In this document: positions 8,932 to 18,265 of the stretch, piece by piece | Layout: every line of letters starts with the position of its first letter | Numbering within the stretch: position 1 is the stretch's first letter | Virus record (IMG/VR): IMGVR_UViG_3300036818_000105 | Span: 60,492-124,491 of that record | Source: a virus | DNA: 64,000 nt | Strand: one strand, 5' to 3' | Program-made: the position numbers and the translations under genes | Notes under the pieces: model-generated | Database searches by the model: none | What the model was told of the DNA's origin: nothing | The model's input: the letters and a program-made list of their open reading frames with translations, nothing else

Positions 8932-10212
8932 ATGACCCTCGCCGTCCTGACCCCGTTCTCGACCGCTGGCGCGGTAGAGCTCGGCAACCGCGTGTGGCGC
9001 AAGAAAGTGCTGCCGGTCGGCGACGTCGAGTACAAGGGCCGCACCCTGCACTTCAACCGCGACTACCTCGGCAAGCTCGTCACCGCGTTCCAGAACCGCG
9101 CCTACGACCAGGTGCCGTTTCAGCTCGCTGACGCGCAGAACACCCACACCAACGACCCGGAGCGCACTCGCGGCGAGATCGAGTCGATGGAGCTCGGCGA
9201 CGACGGCCTGTACATCACGGCCCGGCTCACGCCCGAGGGCGAGGCGGTCCTGTCCGCCAACCCGAAGCTCGGCGTGAGCGCCCGGATCGTCGAGGGCTAC
9301 GACCGCAGCGACGGCAGGCACTTCCCGGCCGCCGTCCAGCACGTCCTGGGCACCCTTGACCCCCGCATCCCCGGCCTCGGCGCGTGGACGGCGATTGAGG
9401 CGGCGTCCCCGCAGCCCGACCAGGTGATCGACCTGTCCGGCTTCTCATTCTCCGGCGGGGAGACTGACGGCTCCCTGACGGACCCCGCTCCCAACGGCCA
9501 AAGGACGGACGGCATGGCGGATCTGAATGCCCTGAACGACGAGCAGAAGGCCCGGCTCGCGAAGCTCCTGTCCCTGCCCGACGACGCCCTCGACGCCCTC
9601 GCGAACGGCGGCATGGTGATGACCCCCGACGAGCTGGAGGCCCTCACCGCCCCCGACGCCGGAGACGACGACGCGGACGGCGAGGACGCGCTTGCCGCCG
9701 AGATCGACGCGATGACCGACGAGGAGCTCGCCGGGCTGGAAGCCGAGTTCGAGACCGAGACCGAGGGCGAGACCCCGGGTTACGCGCCAGAGGGGGAGCC
9801 CGTGGCTGCAGGACTGTCCGCCGAGGCCCAGTTCAGTATCGACCTCGCCAACGCCAGGGCGGACGAGACCGCCCGGGAGCTGGCCGTCGTCACCGCGCGG
9901 CTGCGCGAGGAGGACTACCAGGCGGAGCGGCGCCGCCTCGCGGATACCGGGGTGCCCCCGTACATCACGGAACTGGCGAGGCCGCTCCTTGAGGGCGCCG
10001 GCCACGCGGTGGAGCTGAGTAACGGCAAGACGGTCGACGCCGGGGCGATCATGCGCCGGGTCCTGACCGAGTACGCCCGCCAGGCCCGCCTCCTCGACCT
10101 CGACGTCGAGCTCGGCAGCCCGATGGACGAGCCGGAAGAGGCCGTCACCGAGCAGCAGGCCCAGTCCCGTCAGGACACCGTCAGCAAGTTCAAGTCGATG
10201 ACCGGCCTCTGA
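8932..10212 (+). CDS. Mu gpI-like prohead protease / scaffold
   Basis: N-terminal protease-like domain (H in THTNDP, GLY, GVSARI, HVLGTLDPRIPGL) plus acidic helical scaffold tail; precedes decoration and capsid genes. Confidence 0.8.
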   Translation: MTLAVLTPFSTAGAVELGNRVWRKKVLPVGDVEYKGRTLHFNRDYLGKLVTAFQNRAYDQVPFQLADAQNTHTNDPERTRGEIESMELGDDGLYITARLTPEGEAVLSANPKLGVSARIVEGYDRSDGRHFPAAVQHVLGTLDPRIPGLGAWTAIEAASPQPDQVIDLSGFSFSGGETDGSLTDPAPNGQRTDGMADLNALNDEQKARLAKLLSLPDDALDALANGGMVMTPDELEALTAPDAGDDDADGEDALAAEIDAMTDEELAGLEAEFETETEGETPGYAPEGEPVAAGLSAEAQFSIDLANARADETARELAVVTARLREEDYQAERRRLADTGVPPYITELARPLLEGAGHAVELSNGKTVDAGAIMRRVLTEYARQARLLDLDVELGSPMDEPEEAVTEQQAQSRQDTVSKFKSMTGL

Positions 10213-10248
10213 CCGCCGTGTCCCGCTATGTAGGAAAGGTGGCCTGAC

Positions 10249-10746
10249 ATGACCGCGGTTCTGCCGCATTACACCCGGGGGCCGGCGAACTACCAGGTCT
10301 CCACGCTGGTCTACGGCGGCCAGTTCGTGATGCCGACCACCCAGTCGTACGGGACCACCGACCTGACCGTCAAGGTGGCCACCTCCGCGACCGTCTACTC
10401 GCTTGGCGTCGCCGGCACCGACGCCAACGTGATCACCACCCAGACCGGCGCGGCCAACAGCTACGGCCAGCCGCTGATCGACATCTCGGTGCTGACCGAC
10501 TACGCGGCCGTCTACGCGGGCGGCTGGGACATCTGGTGCTGGTACGTCGGCCAGGCGTACTGCGGCCAGAAGCTCATCATCGGCGCGACCGGCGGGGCGG
10601 TCACCGGGGCCGGCGCAGGCCCGGCCGCCGACCAGGTGGTGGGCACCTGCACCCAGCCCGGCGGCGTGTCCAGCGCGATGCTCACCCAGCAGATCGGCGG
10701 CTCAGGGTCGGCGGTCTACTACCTCGGCCGCGTCCGGGTCTTCTGA
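10249..10746 (+). CDS. Capsid decoration/cement protein
   Basis: Between scaffold and MCP; LGVA..DA and GQKL..GA.G.V...VVG pattern. Confidence 0.7.
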   Translation: MTAVLPHYTRGPANYQVSTLVYGGQFVMPTTQSYGTTDLTVKVATSATVYSLGVAGTDANVITTQTGAANSYGQPLIDISVLTDYAAVYAGGWDIWCWYVGQAYCGQKLIIGATGGAVTGAGAGPAADQVVGTCTQPGGVSSAMLTQQIGGSGSAVYYLGRVRVF

Positions 10747-10760
10747 GAAGGGACTGACAG

Positions 10761-11672
10761 ATGCCCACTGGCGCGAGAGGCTACAGCGACTCCCCGCGGC
10801 TTACCGTATCCGAGCTGCTCAAGGACCCGCTTGTCATCCCGGCGCTGATCCTCGACATCACGCAGAACGAGTTCATCATGGACTCCGTCCTGCGGATGGG
10901 CGGGGCGGCCCCCTCCGGCGCCGTGCGGTACTCGGAGAGCACCCCGCTGTACGCGGACGACTTCCCCGAGATCCGGCCCGAGTTCGGCGAGGTGCCGGTC
11001 GTCCCGACCTCGATCGGCGTGCCCCGCGTGGTGTTCTCCCACGAGCGGGCCATGGCGATCATGGTGTCCGACGAGATGCGCCGCCGTCAGGCGATTGACC
11101 CGGTAACCCGGCAGTTGCTGCAGGTCAAGAACACGATGGTCTACTCGTGGAACACCGCTTTCTACTCGGCGGTGGTCGCGAACGCGTCCATTCAGACGCT
11201 TGCCGTCGCGAACCCGTGGGCGTCCGCCGCGGCGACGACCCGCGCGGACATCGCGCAAGCGGTCTACCTGGTCGAGAACGCGAACATCGTCTCGCCGTCG
11301 GGCGTGACGCAGTGGCTGGGCTTCGAAGCCGACACGATGATCATCAACCACGGCACGAAGAACACGCTGCTGCAGTCGAGCACCTTCGCGGCGCCGTACA
11401 TCGGCGACATCGCGAGCGAGAACCTGCAGTACACCGGCGTGCTGCCGAACAAGATCTTCAACCTCGACGTGCTCGTCTCACGGCAGGTGCCCGCGGGCAA
11501 CGCGATCGTCATGCAGCGGCACCGCTGCGGCGGCTATGCCGATGAGCTGCCCTTTATAGCCGGACCTTTGTACCGGTCCGAGGAGCGCAAAGTCTGGCGC
11601 AGTGACACACAGCGATCTTCTGCGATTTTTCTGGACCAACCGTTGGCCATAGCGTTGCTGAGTGGCGTCTAA
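10761..11672 (+). CDS. Major capsid protein
   Basis: 303 aa; GAVRY.E, EFGEVP, VSDEMRRR, C-terminal LDQPLA..LSGV; synteny. Confidence 0.85.
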   Translation: MPTGARGYSDSPRLTVSELLKDPLVIPALILDITQNEFIMDSVLRMGGAAPSGAVRYSESTPLYADDFPEIRPEFGEVPVVPTSIGVPRVVFSHERAMAIMVSDEMRRRQAIDPVTRQLLQVKNTMVYSWNTAFYSAVVANASIQTLAVANPWASAAATTRADIAQAVYLVENANIVSPSGVTQWLGFEADTMIINHGTKNTLLQSSTFAAPYIGDIASENLQYTGVLPNKIFNLDVLVSRQVPAGNAIVMQRHRCGGYADELPFIAGPLYRSEERKVWRSDTQRSSAIFLDQPLAIALLSGV

Positions 11673-11706
11673 ATTCGAATACATATACGAATACGGAGCG
11701 TAACAA

Positions 11707-12273
11707 ATGGCGCAAGCCGTAGCCGACGAGCAGGCCCGTCCGCTCACCGAGGACGAGAAGAAGGTCCTCCGTGACCTGATGACCCGGGAGAACGCCTGGG
11801 CGGGCCCGGCGACCCGGGTCGGCGAGCCCTACATGGCCCTGGTCAACTTGTCCGTCCCCCGCCGGGGCGACAAGGACCGCAACAGCGACCTCGTCATGGC
11901 CGGGGAGACGGTCTACCTGACGGCCGAGGAAGCGCGGGCGTTCAACCGGCACGGCAGCCGCGACGGCCGGCAGGTCAGCGTGCTGCAGAAGCTGTCCGGG
12001 CCTGACGGCTCCCGTGAGGCGCCGCCGCGGGTCCCGCCGCGCGCCGTGTCGGGGCGCCTGTTCCGGCCGCCGGTGCCGGAGCCGGGCGACGTCGCCCCGC
12101 GCCCGGACCCGCCGGAAAGCTCGGCTATCCAGGTCATCGAGGACGGCCGCGCGCCGGAGGCCGAGGGTGCCATGACCGCGGACCCGTCCGAGATGGCTGA
12201 CCAGCTGCGCTCCGCGGCGGCGCCTGACGCCCTCGACCTTCCCCCGTCCCGTAGCCGGTCAAGGTCGCGGTAG
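11707..12273 (+). CDS. Hypothetical protein after capsid
   Basis: SD GGAG; coding bias. Confidence 0.65.
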   Translation: MAQAVADEQARPLTEDEKKVLRDLMTRENAWAGPATRVGEPYMALVNLSVPRRGDKDRNSDLVMAGETVYLTAEEARAFNRHGSRDGRQVSVLQKLSGPDGSREAPPRVPPRAVSGRLFRPPVPEPGDVAPRPDPPESSAIQVIEDGRAPEAEGAMTADPSEMADQLRSAAAPDALDLPPSRSRSRSR

Positions 12274-12276
12274 CCG

Positions 12277-12915
12277 ATGCCGACGACCACCTACACGCCG
12301 GCGACGGTCCAGCCAGCAGAGGTACCCCAGCTCAGGTGCCCCCGCTGCTGGTTTCCCGCGCCCATGGTCCCGGTCGCGGCGCTGACGTTCCGCTGCAACC
12401 GGTGCGAGTGGCCGTTCACGCTGGCCGCGCCGGCCCTGGCCGCTGCCCCGGCCTTCCCTGCCGCCACGGTCGCGGTAACGAACCCGTACGCCACGCCGGT
12501 CGCAGCGGCGATCACGGCGAACGGGGCGACGATCACCAACGTCAGCGTCAATGCCGTCACAGCGGGCACCGCCGCGGGCACGTACGTCATCCCCGCGGGC
12601 GGGACGATCTCGTGCGCGTACACGGTGGCGACGCCGACGTGGACGTGGGCGCTTCCGGCCATCAGCGCGGGGGTGGCCGCGGGCGGGACGGCGCTGCCGT
12701 TCGCCTCCGGCGGCACGAGCTTCGCGCAGGGCCAGGTGCTCATCGTCGACCCGTCCGGCACCAGCGACGTCGTGGTCGTCACCGGCACCCCCACGGCTAC
12801 GTCCGTGCCGGTGAACGCGCTGAACTCCGCGCACCTGTCCGGCGTGCAGGTGACCGTCGCCCAGGTCGCCCCGGCGCACTCCAGCGTCCAGGTAGTCCCG
12901 CAGGCCAGCTACTAG
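12277..12915 (+). CDS. Virion structural protein: Zn ribbon plus beta-domain paralog
   Basis: CPRC/CNRC, then a PA.PA..V.VTN...Y...P.W.W domain. Confidence 0.65.
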   Translation: MPTTTYTPATVQPAEVPQLRCPRCWFPAPMVPVAALTFRCNRCEWPFTLAAPALAAAPAFPAATVAVTNPYATPVAAAITANGATITNVSVNAVTAGTAAGTYVIPAGGTISCAYTVATPTWTWALPAISAGVAAGGTALPFASGGTSFAQGQVLIVDPSGTSDVVVVTGTPTATSVPVNALNSAHLSGVQVTVAQVAPAHSSVQVVPQASY

Positions 12916-12936
12916 CAGCGAAGGGAAGGTGACCTC

Positions 12937-13470
12937 ATGGCGACGCTCAGCCGGTACGTGCTGACCGCCGATGTCACGATGCCCTGGCCCGCTACCTGGT
13001 CGGAGATCATCCAGGGCCAGGCGAACAGCCCGGTGGTCACTCCCGCCGTGCCTGGCACCACGGTCGCGGTGACCAACGGCAACCCGCTCCCGGTGCTGGT
13101 CTCGGTCACGGGCGGCACGGTCACGCTGGTGCAGGTCGGCAGCGCCACGGTCGCGACCTCCTCGCCGGCGACAGCGGTGGTCGAGCCGGGCGGTTCGATC
13201 ACTCTCACCTACTCGGCCGCGCCCGCCTGGGCATGGGCGACCGCGCAGCTCCCGCACTCCGGCTCCTCGTCCATGACCGCCGCCGTGTCCGCCACCGCCC
13301 CGGCAGGCGGGCAGGCCGGCATCATCCCGGAGTTCACCTGGTTCGCCGGGCAGCCGCTGGTCCTGGACCCGGACGGCCAGCTGTACGCGGCGCTGAGCGG
13401 CAGCCTGCGCGAGTGGACCGACGGCACCGACAACGTCTCGCATTACGGCCTGAGCAACTTATGGGAGTGA
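12937..13470 (+). CDS. Virion structural protein, beta-domain paralog
   Basis: PAVPGTTVAVTN...LTYSAAPAWAW. Confidence 0.65.
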   Translation: MATLSRYVLTADVTMPWPATWSEIIQGQANSPVVTPAVPGTTVAVTNGNPLPVLVSVTGGTVTLVQVGSATVATSSPATAVVEPGGSITLTYSAAPAWAWATAQLPHSGSSSMTAAVSATAPAGGQAGIIPEFTWFAGQPLVLDPDGQLYAALSGSLREWTDGTDNVSHYGLSNLWE

Positions 13471-13474
13471 CGCC

Positions 13475-14080
13475 ATGATCACCCAGCCCGCGGTTCCGGC
13501 CACCGGGACGGCCAGCACTAACACGGTCACGAATAACACCGGGAACACGGCGTACGTGACGATCAGCGCCAACGGCGCGACCATGAGCAACTACTACGTC
13601 AACGGCACGTCGGTGGCCACGACCGCGTCGATTTACACGGCCACGCTCACCCCCGGCAGCTACATCAGCCTCGCCTACACCGTCGCGGTCCCCGTCTGGT
13701 ACTGGTCGCCGTTCACCCCGGCCGTCCCCGCCTCCGGCACCCCCGTGGCGAACCCGACCGGGCAGGACGTCAGCGTCGTCCTGCTCGGCGGCACCGTCAC
13801 CCACGTCACCGTCAACGGCACCGACCGGGCCACCTCCAGCCCGGCGAACGTGATGCTGCCAGCCGGGGAGAGCGTCACCCTGACCTACTCCGGCGCACCG
13901 GTGTGGGCGTGGATGAACTTCCTTGACCTGGCCACGGGCGACAGCCTCGGCACCGCCTACGCGCAGGCGGACACCATCCTCGCCACGGGAGCCTCCGGCT
14001 ACAACCCGGCCAGCGCCCTGCCGTACGCGCAGCACGCGGCGACCGGCGAGTCCGGCTTCGGAACCGGGGTCAGCAACTGA
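13475..14080 (+). CDS. Virion structural protein with two beta-domain copies
   Basis: Two PAVPA...Y...PVW.W repeats. Confidence 0.65.
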   Translation: MITQPAVPATGTASTNTVTNNTGNTAYVTISANGATMSNYYVNGTSVATTASIYTATLTPGSYISLAYTVAVPVWYWSPFTPAVPASGTPVANPTGQDVSVVLLGGTVTHVTVNGTDRATSSPANVMLPAGESVTLTYSGAPVWAWMNFLDLATGDSLGTAYAQADTILATGASGYNPASALPYAQHAATGESGFGTGVSN

Positions 14081-14304
14081 TGTCCCAGTACCCGCGCCGC
14101 GTGCTGTCTGACGTTGATGTCGCCTGGGACCCGCACGCCAACGGCGCCGGGCGGGCCACGTTCACCAGGCACGGCACCGTCGTCGACATCGAGCCCGGCT
14201 CCGTGCTTGAGGCTGCCTACGGCGACGAGAACCTGTCCGGCGTCATCCCCGTCAGCCAGCGCGGTAACGAGAGCTGCCTTTCCCGCGCGGCACAGAGCAA
14301 CTGA
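14080..14304 (+). CDS. Small hypothetical protein (paralog of 14316..14600)
   Basis: DV..AWD...G..VD..PGS.LEAA.G motif. Confidence 0.6.
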   Translation: MSQYPRRVLSDVDVAWDPHANGAGRATFTRHGTVVDIEPGSVLEAAYGDENLSGVIPVSQRGNESCLSRAAQSN

Positions 14305-14315
14305 GGGGGCAACTG

Positions 14316-14600
14316 ATGGCAGGCAACCCGCGCACTGTGACTGCGGACGTTGTGTTCACCTGGGATGGCGTATCCCAGCGGCTGCCTCGCGGCCAGGCCA
14401 TCGACGTGACGCCGGGAAGCGCACTAGAAGCCGCCATCGGACGTGACCGGCTCGTCCCGCTCGGCCTCACCTCCGCACTGCCGCCGGTAGAGCCGCCAGC
14501 GCGTAAGCCGCAGCAGGAGGAGCCCCCTGCCGCCCCGCCCAAGGCTGCCGCGGCGAAGAAGCAGGATGCCGGAACCGACGGCAAGGACGGTGCCCCGTGA
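14316..14600 (+). CDS. Small hypothetical protein
   Basis: DV.FTWD...GQAIDVTPGSALEAAIG motif. Confidence 0.6.
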   Translation: MAGNPRTVTADVVFTWDGVSQRLPRGQAIDVTPGSALEAAIGRDRLVPLGLTSALPPVEPPARKPQQEEPPAAPPKAAAAKKQDAGTDGKDGAP

Positions 14601-14797
14601 CCGCCCCGTCCCAGCAGCAGCCGCCCCCGGTGGTCGTCACGCCGTTCTCGCTGCGCCGCATCCTGCTCGTCGTCGGCGCCGTCCTGTTCGCCCTCGCCGC
14701 GTTCTCGGCCGGGGGTGACGCGCTCGGGCACGTTCCCGCCTGGTCGTGGGCGTTCGGCGCGCTCGGTGCCTGGTGCTCGTCCGGGGCGGTCCCGTGA
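14597..14797 (+). CDS. Small two-TM membrane protein
   Basis: Two hydrophobic segments; GTGA overlaps at both ends. Confidence 0.55.
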   Translation: MTAPSQQQPPPVVVTPFSLRRILLVVGAVLFALAAFSAGGDALGHVPAWSWAFGALGAWCSSGAVP

Positions 14798-15339
14798 CCG
14801 CGCCCGCGGCCTCCGGCACCCTCTACGCCACGGTCGAGGACCTGCGCGCCGTCATGTCCGGCACCGACTCCGGCGCCGGCACCGCCGCGAAGCTCACCAC
14901 TGAGCAGCTCGAGCTTGCCCTGTACTCGGCCTCCAACCGCGTCTCGGTGTACGCCGGGAACGTCTACGACAGCTCCACCCCGCAAGCCGTACCGCCCGCG
15001 ATCCTGCACGACCTGACGCTTGACCTCGCGCGCTTCTGGGCTGCCGTCACGTACCTGAAGTTCAAAGAGATCCCGCAAACGAGCCCCATCTACATCGCCT
15101 ACCAGAGTGCGATGACGATGCTCAACGCGGTCCGAGCCGGGACGATCCTGCTCGACCCGGTGACGGCACCGGGCATCGGGTCTGAGACGGGCGTGATTAT
15201 CAATCGCGTCCCGCCCGTGTTCACTGGCCGTGATTCGAACACGCATATTGACCCGATCACCGGCACCCTTGAGAGCGATTCCCCCTTCTGGACCGCTCGC
15301 ACTGGCGGGCTGGTTGACGGGGGGGCGATCTACCAGTGA
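14794..15339 (+). CDS. Head-tail adaptor (Mu gp36-like)
   Basis: YATVEDL...AL..AS..V..Y, VPPAIL..LT.DLA...YQSAM..L..VRAG. Confidence 0.75.
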   Translation: MTAPAASGTLYATVEDLRAVMSGTDSGAGTAAKLTTEQLELALYSASNRVSVYAGNVYDSSTPQAVPPAILHDLTLDLARFWAAVTYLKFKEIPQTSPIYIAYQSAMTMLNAVRAGTILLDPVTAPGIGSETGVIINRVPPVFTGRDSNTHIDPITGTLESDSPFWTARTGGLVDGGAIYQ

Positions 15340-15842
15340 CCGGAACCTTCAGCGAGCACATCGACGAGCTGCGGAAGATGGTCGGATCCGGCCAGAAACT
15401 CACTGGGTCGGTCGTAGTCGATCAAATTTACGCACATTTCCAGAGTGAACGGCTCGACCTGCACCACCCTCGTGGCGGCGGCCCGAAATTCCTCGAGCGC
15501 CCGCTCATGGACGGCTACCGCGACTACCTGAGCGACTACGCCCGCACGGTGCTCACCGACGGCGGCCAGCCGGCGATGAAGCGGTCAATGGAGCACCTCT
15601 CCGACCAGGTCGAGCTGACCGCGCCGGTTGAGTTCAGCGACCTGCGCCGCTCCGGTCACCCGTCGGTGACGCTCGGCGGCCGGACGGTCTACGACCGGGC
15701 ACCCAAGGTCGCGCGGCTGACCACCGAGGAACTGAAGGCCAGGGGCCGGGCGCGCATAGGCGAGCTGATCGCGGCCGGGCTGCCGTGGTTCTTCACGCGC
15801 CACGGCAAGGTCATCCGGGTGCCCGGCAAGGGCGGGCGGTGA
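15336..15842 (+). CDS. Neck / tail-completion protein (HK97 gp10-like)
   Basis: YAH.Q.E.LDLHHPRGG.PKFLERPL and APVE..DLRRS motifs. Confidence 0.65.
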   Translation: MTGTFSEHIDELRKMVGSGQKLTGSVVVDQIYAHFQSERLDLHHPRGGGPKFLERPLMDGYRDYLSDYARTVLTDGGQPAMKRSMEHLSDQVELTAPVEFSDLRRSGHPSVTLGGRTVYDRAPKVARLTTEELKARGRARIGELIAAGLPWFFTRHGKVIRVPGKGGR

Positions 15843-15846
15843 GCGC

Positions 15847-16281
15847 ATGACCACTCCCCTTGCCATCACCACGCCGCGCACCCGGATCGCCATCGACTGG
15901 CTGACCCTGGCGGGCTGGGACGTCACCCAGGAGAGCGGCTACCCGCTCCTGCCGGGCCCGGAGATCGTCGACGAGCCCGACAAGGCGGTGTTCCTCACCC
16001 CGTCCGGCGGTCCGGGCTACACGACCGAGGAAGCCGGGACGGACGCCTGGAACGTGCAGGCGCGGCTCCGGGGAGCGGCCGACGACCCCCTCGGCGCGCA
16101 GGCGGCGGCGCAGCTCCTGGACTACGTGATCCTGCACGGCCCGCGCCGGGTGACGGTCTGCGGCGTGCCGGTCCTGAACGTGCAGCGCCTCGGCTCGCCC
16201 CCCACGTCGCTTCCCCTTGACCCCAGCGACCGCCGGTTCGAGTACACGGCCACCTATGTCATCACAACCGGAGGCAGCTGA
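15847..16281 (+). CDS. Tail terminator
   Basis: EPDKAV.LT..GGPG, VQ.R.RG, D...RFEYTATY pattern. Confidence 0.7.
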   Translation: MTTPLAITTPRTRIAIDWLTLAGWDVTQESGYPLLPGPEIVDEPDKAVFLTPSGGPGYTTEEAGTDAWNVQARLRGAADDPLGAQAAAQLLDYVILHGPRRVTVCGVPVLNVQRLGSPPTSLPLDPSDRRFEYTATYVITTGGS

Positions 16282-16790
16282 TGTCCGGAGGACTGCTCAC
16301 CACGCCGCTGGTCCCGGTGAACTTCAGCCAGGCGGCGCTCGCCGGCACGTTCTGGGGCACCGGCGGCAGTGCTCCTCCTTCCAGCGGCATCGACCAGGCC
16401 GGGGCGGGAGGGGCCACCTTCGGCACGGCCTGGAGCACCACCTACAACGTGGTGCTGGTGCCGAACCTGTCCGGCAACACGGTCCTCTGGTACTACTGCG
16501 GCACCGCGGCGGCCGGCATCGCGCAGGTGCTTGTCGGGGGGGCGCTAGCCGGGCAGGTGCTGCCCGCGTCCACGGCGCAGACGATCGCCGCGAACTCCTC
16601 CGGCTGGCTCGGCCCCTTCAGCCCCGCCACGTACAACGTCCGGACGGCGAACCCGGTGCCGACCGGGATCGCCGGGTCACCGGCCATCGCGTCCTGGCCC
16701 GCCGCCGCCGCGAACTGCTTCGCCGTGGCGTTCACCACCGTCACCGACCTGTACGTCCGCGCGTACACGTTCTCGAACGTCCAGCCCTAA
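16281..16790 (+). CDS. Hypothetical virion protein
   Basis: TGATG coupling; SD GGAGG. Confidence 0.6.
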   Translation: MSGGLLTTPLVPVNFSQAALAGTFWGTGGSAPPSSGIDQAGAGGATFGTAWSTTYNVVLVPNLSGNTVLWYYCGTAAAGIAQVLVGGALAGQVLPASTAQTIAANSSGWLGPFSPATYNVRTANPVPTGIAGSPAIASWPAAAANCFAVAFTTVTDLYVRAYTFSNVQP

Positions 16791-16798
16791 GGAGGCCA

Positions 16799-17095
16799 GT
16801 GCCCGTGACAGAGCAGCCAGCCACCGCGCCTTCGCCCGGCAAGCAGCCGCCGCCTCCCGCCGCGCCCGGCGACCCGCAGGACCGCGTCGACAAGCTCCGC
16901 GCGCAGCTCACCGAGGCCGAGGCGGCGCTCCCGGCCGAACCCGGAACGGTCCGCCTGCGGGTCATGAAACCGCACGACAGCTTCACCGTCGCCGGGGTCA
17001 CCGTCGGCAAGGACCCGACCAGCGTCCCCTCGTGGGCCGTCACGCGGCTGATGTCCGCGGCGGCCGGCGCGGGCGTTGCCCTCACCGTGGAGTAA
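16799..17095 (+). CDS. Hypothetical protein
   Basis: AAGGAGG followed by in-frame GTG at 16799. Confidence 0.6.
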   Translation: MPVTEQPATAPSPGKQPPPPAAPGDPQDRVDKLRAQLTEAEAALPAEPGTVRLRVMKPHDSFTVAGVTVGKDPTSVPSWAVTRLMSAAAGAGVALTVE

Positions 17096-17099
17096 GAAA

Positions 17100-17594
17100 G
17101 TGCAGACTAAGCGCCGGATCGCGATATTCGCGGTAGCGGGCACGCTTCTCGCGGGCGCCGCGGGAGTAGGCGCCGGAACCGCGATGGCATCCATTCCAGA
17201 CTCGTCGGGGACTATTCACGGGTGCTATCAGACCTCCGATCCCGGCGAAGGCCAGCTTTTTGTAATCGACTCCGATAACGGCGGTGCCTGCTCTAGCGGT
17301 CAAACCACCCTGAGCTGGGCGTCTAGCGCTACCGCGGGGCCGTCCGGCCTGGATGTCACGGTCGTCCAGGCTGTCGGCACGAGCACGAATCTCGCGGAAG
17401 CCACATGTCCTTCCAGTCATCCCTACCTTCTCGGAGGCGGGGGAAGCGTGACCTCTGGATTCGGAAACCTCGAGACATACCCGAGCCCAGGGTCCGGCGA
17501 GGAATCGGCAAGCAATCCCGGCTCGTGGATAGCCGCGATCTATAGCCCTAGCGGGTCAGCGACGGTGGACGCGAATGCCATCTGCGCCAAGTAG
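17100..17594 (+). CDS. Secreted-type protein with signal peptide (moron-like)
   Basis: KRR + hydrophobic stretch + AMA cleavage site; IPDS.G.IHGCY; lower GC3 than neighbours. Confidence 0.6.
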   Translation: MQTKRRIAIFAVAGTLLAGAAGVGAGTAMASIPDSSGTIHGCYQTSDPGEGQLFVIDSDNGGACSSGQTTLSWASSATAGPSGLDVTVVQAVGTSTNLAEATCPSSHPYLLGGGGSVTSGFGNLETYPSPGSGEESASNPGSWIAAIYSPSGSATVDANAICAK

Positions 17595-17619
17595 CAAAAG
17601 GGAAGGGGCTGGCTGAGTT

Positions 17620-18240
17620 ATGACCGGCACGCTTACTTACGCGCCGCCCGCCTACGGGACGACGGACGTCCTGTACGGGACGGGGATCCTGTTCACCGCG
17701 CCTAACCCCTCGCCCGGCACCGGGGCCACGGTGCCGGGCGACGCCAGCCTCGGCGTCGGGTCCGCGTGGCTCGGGCTCGGGTGGAGCTACGTCGGCTCGA
17801 CCGAGGCCGGGGTCACGCAGACCTACAACCCCACGATCCAGAACATCTCGATCGAGGAGCAGCCGACTCCCGTCGGCGTCGCGGTGTCCACGGCGACCCT
17901 GCAGTTCACCACGAACCTCAGCGAGGAAACGCTGGCGAACATCAACCTCGCCTACGGCAACAGCGGGGCGATCGCCACCACCGCCGCGGGAGCAGGGCAG
18001 CCGGGCAAGAGCGTGCTCACCCTGTCGACCACCTTCGCGACGCTGACGGCCGCGCTGGTCGCCCAGAACGAGTACGGGTACGCCACCGTGCTCTACATCC
18101 CCGTGGTCGTCTCCGCCGGGCAGGTGCAGACCGCGTTCCGCAGGGCGGCGCAGCAGCGGCTTTACCCGCTGACCCTCTCGGCGATCTGCCCGTTTGACGA
18201 CATCTCGTTCACCGAGCTCACCGCCCCGGCCACCAGCTAA
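17620..18240 (+). CDS. Major tail tube protein
   Basis: W.YVG.TE.GV..TY.P, EEQ.TPV, LSE.TL.N motifs; synteny. Confidence 0.85.
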   Translation: MTGTLTYAPPAYGTTDVLYGTGILFTAPNPSPGTGATVPGDASLGVGSAWLGLGWSYVGSTEAGVTQTYNPTIQNISIEEQPTPVGVAVSTATLQFTTNLSEETLANINLAYGNSGAIATTAAGAGQPGKSVLTLSTTFATLTAALVAQNEYGYATVLYIPVVVSAGQVQTAFRRAAQQRLYPLTLSAICPFDDISFTELTAPATS

Positions 18241-18265
18241 CCCCAGAAGTCAGGAGAGTGAAGGC

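Noticed and set aside
14597-14797. Holin / lysis cassette
   Set aside because: A two-TM protein, but no endolysin nearby; the only muralytic domain seen is in the TMP
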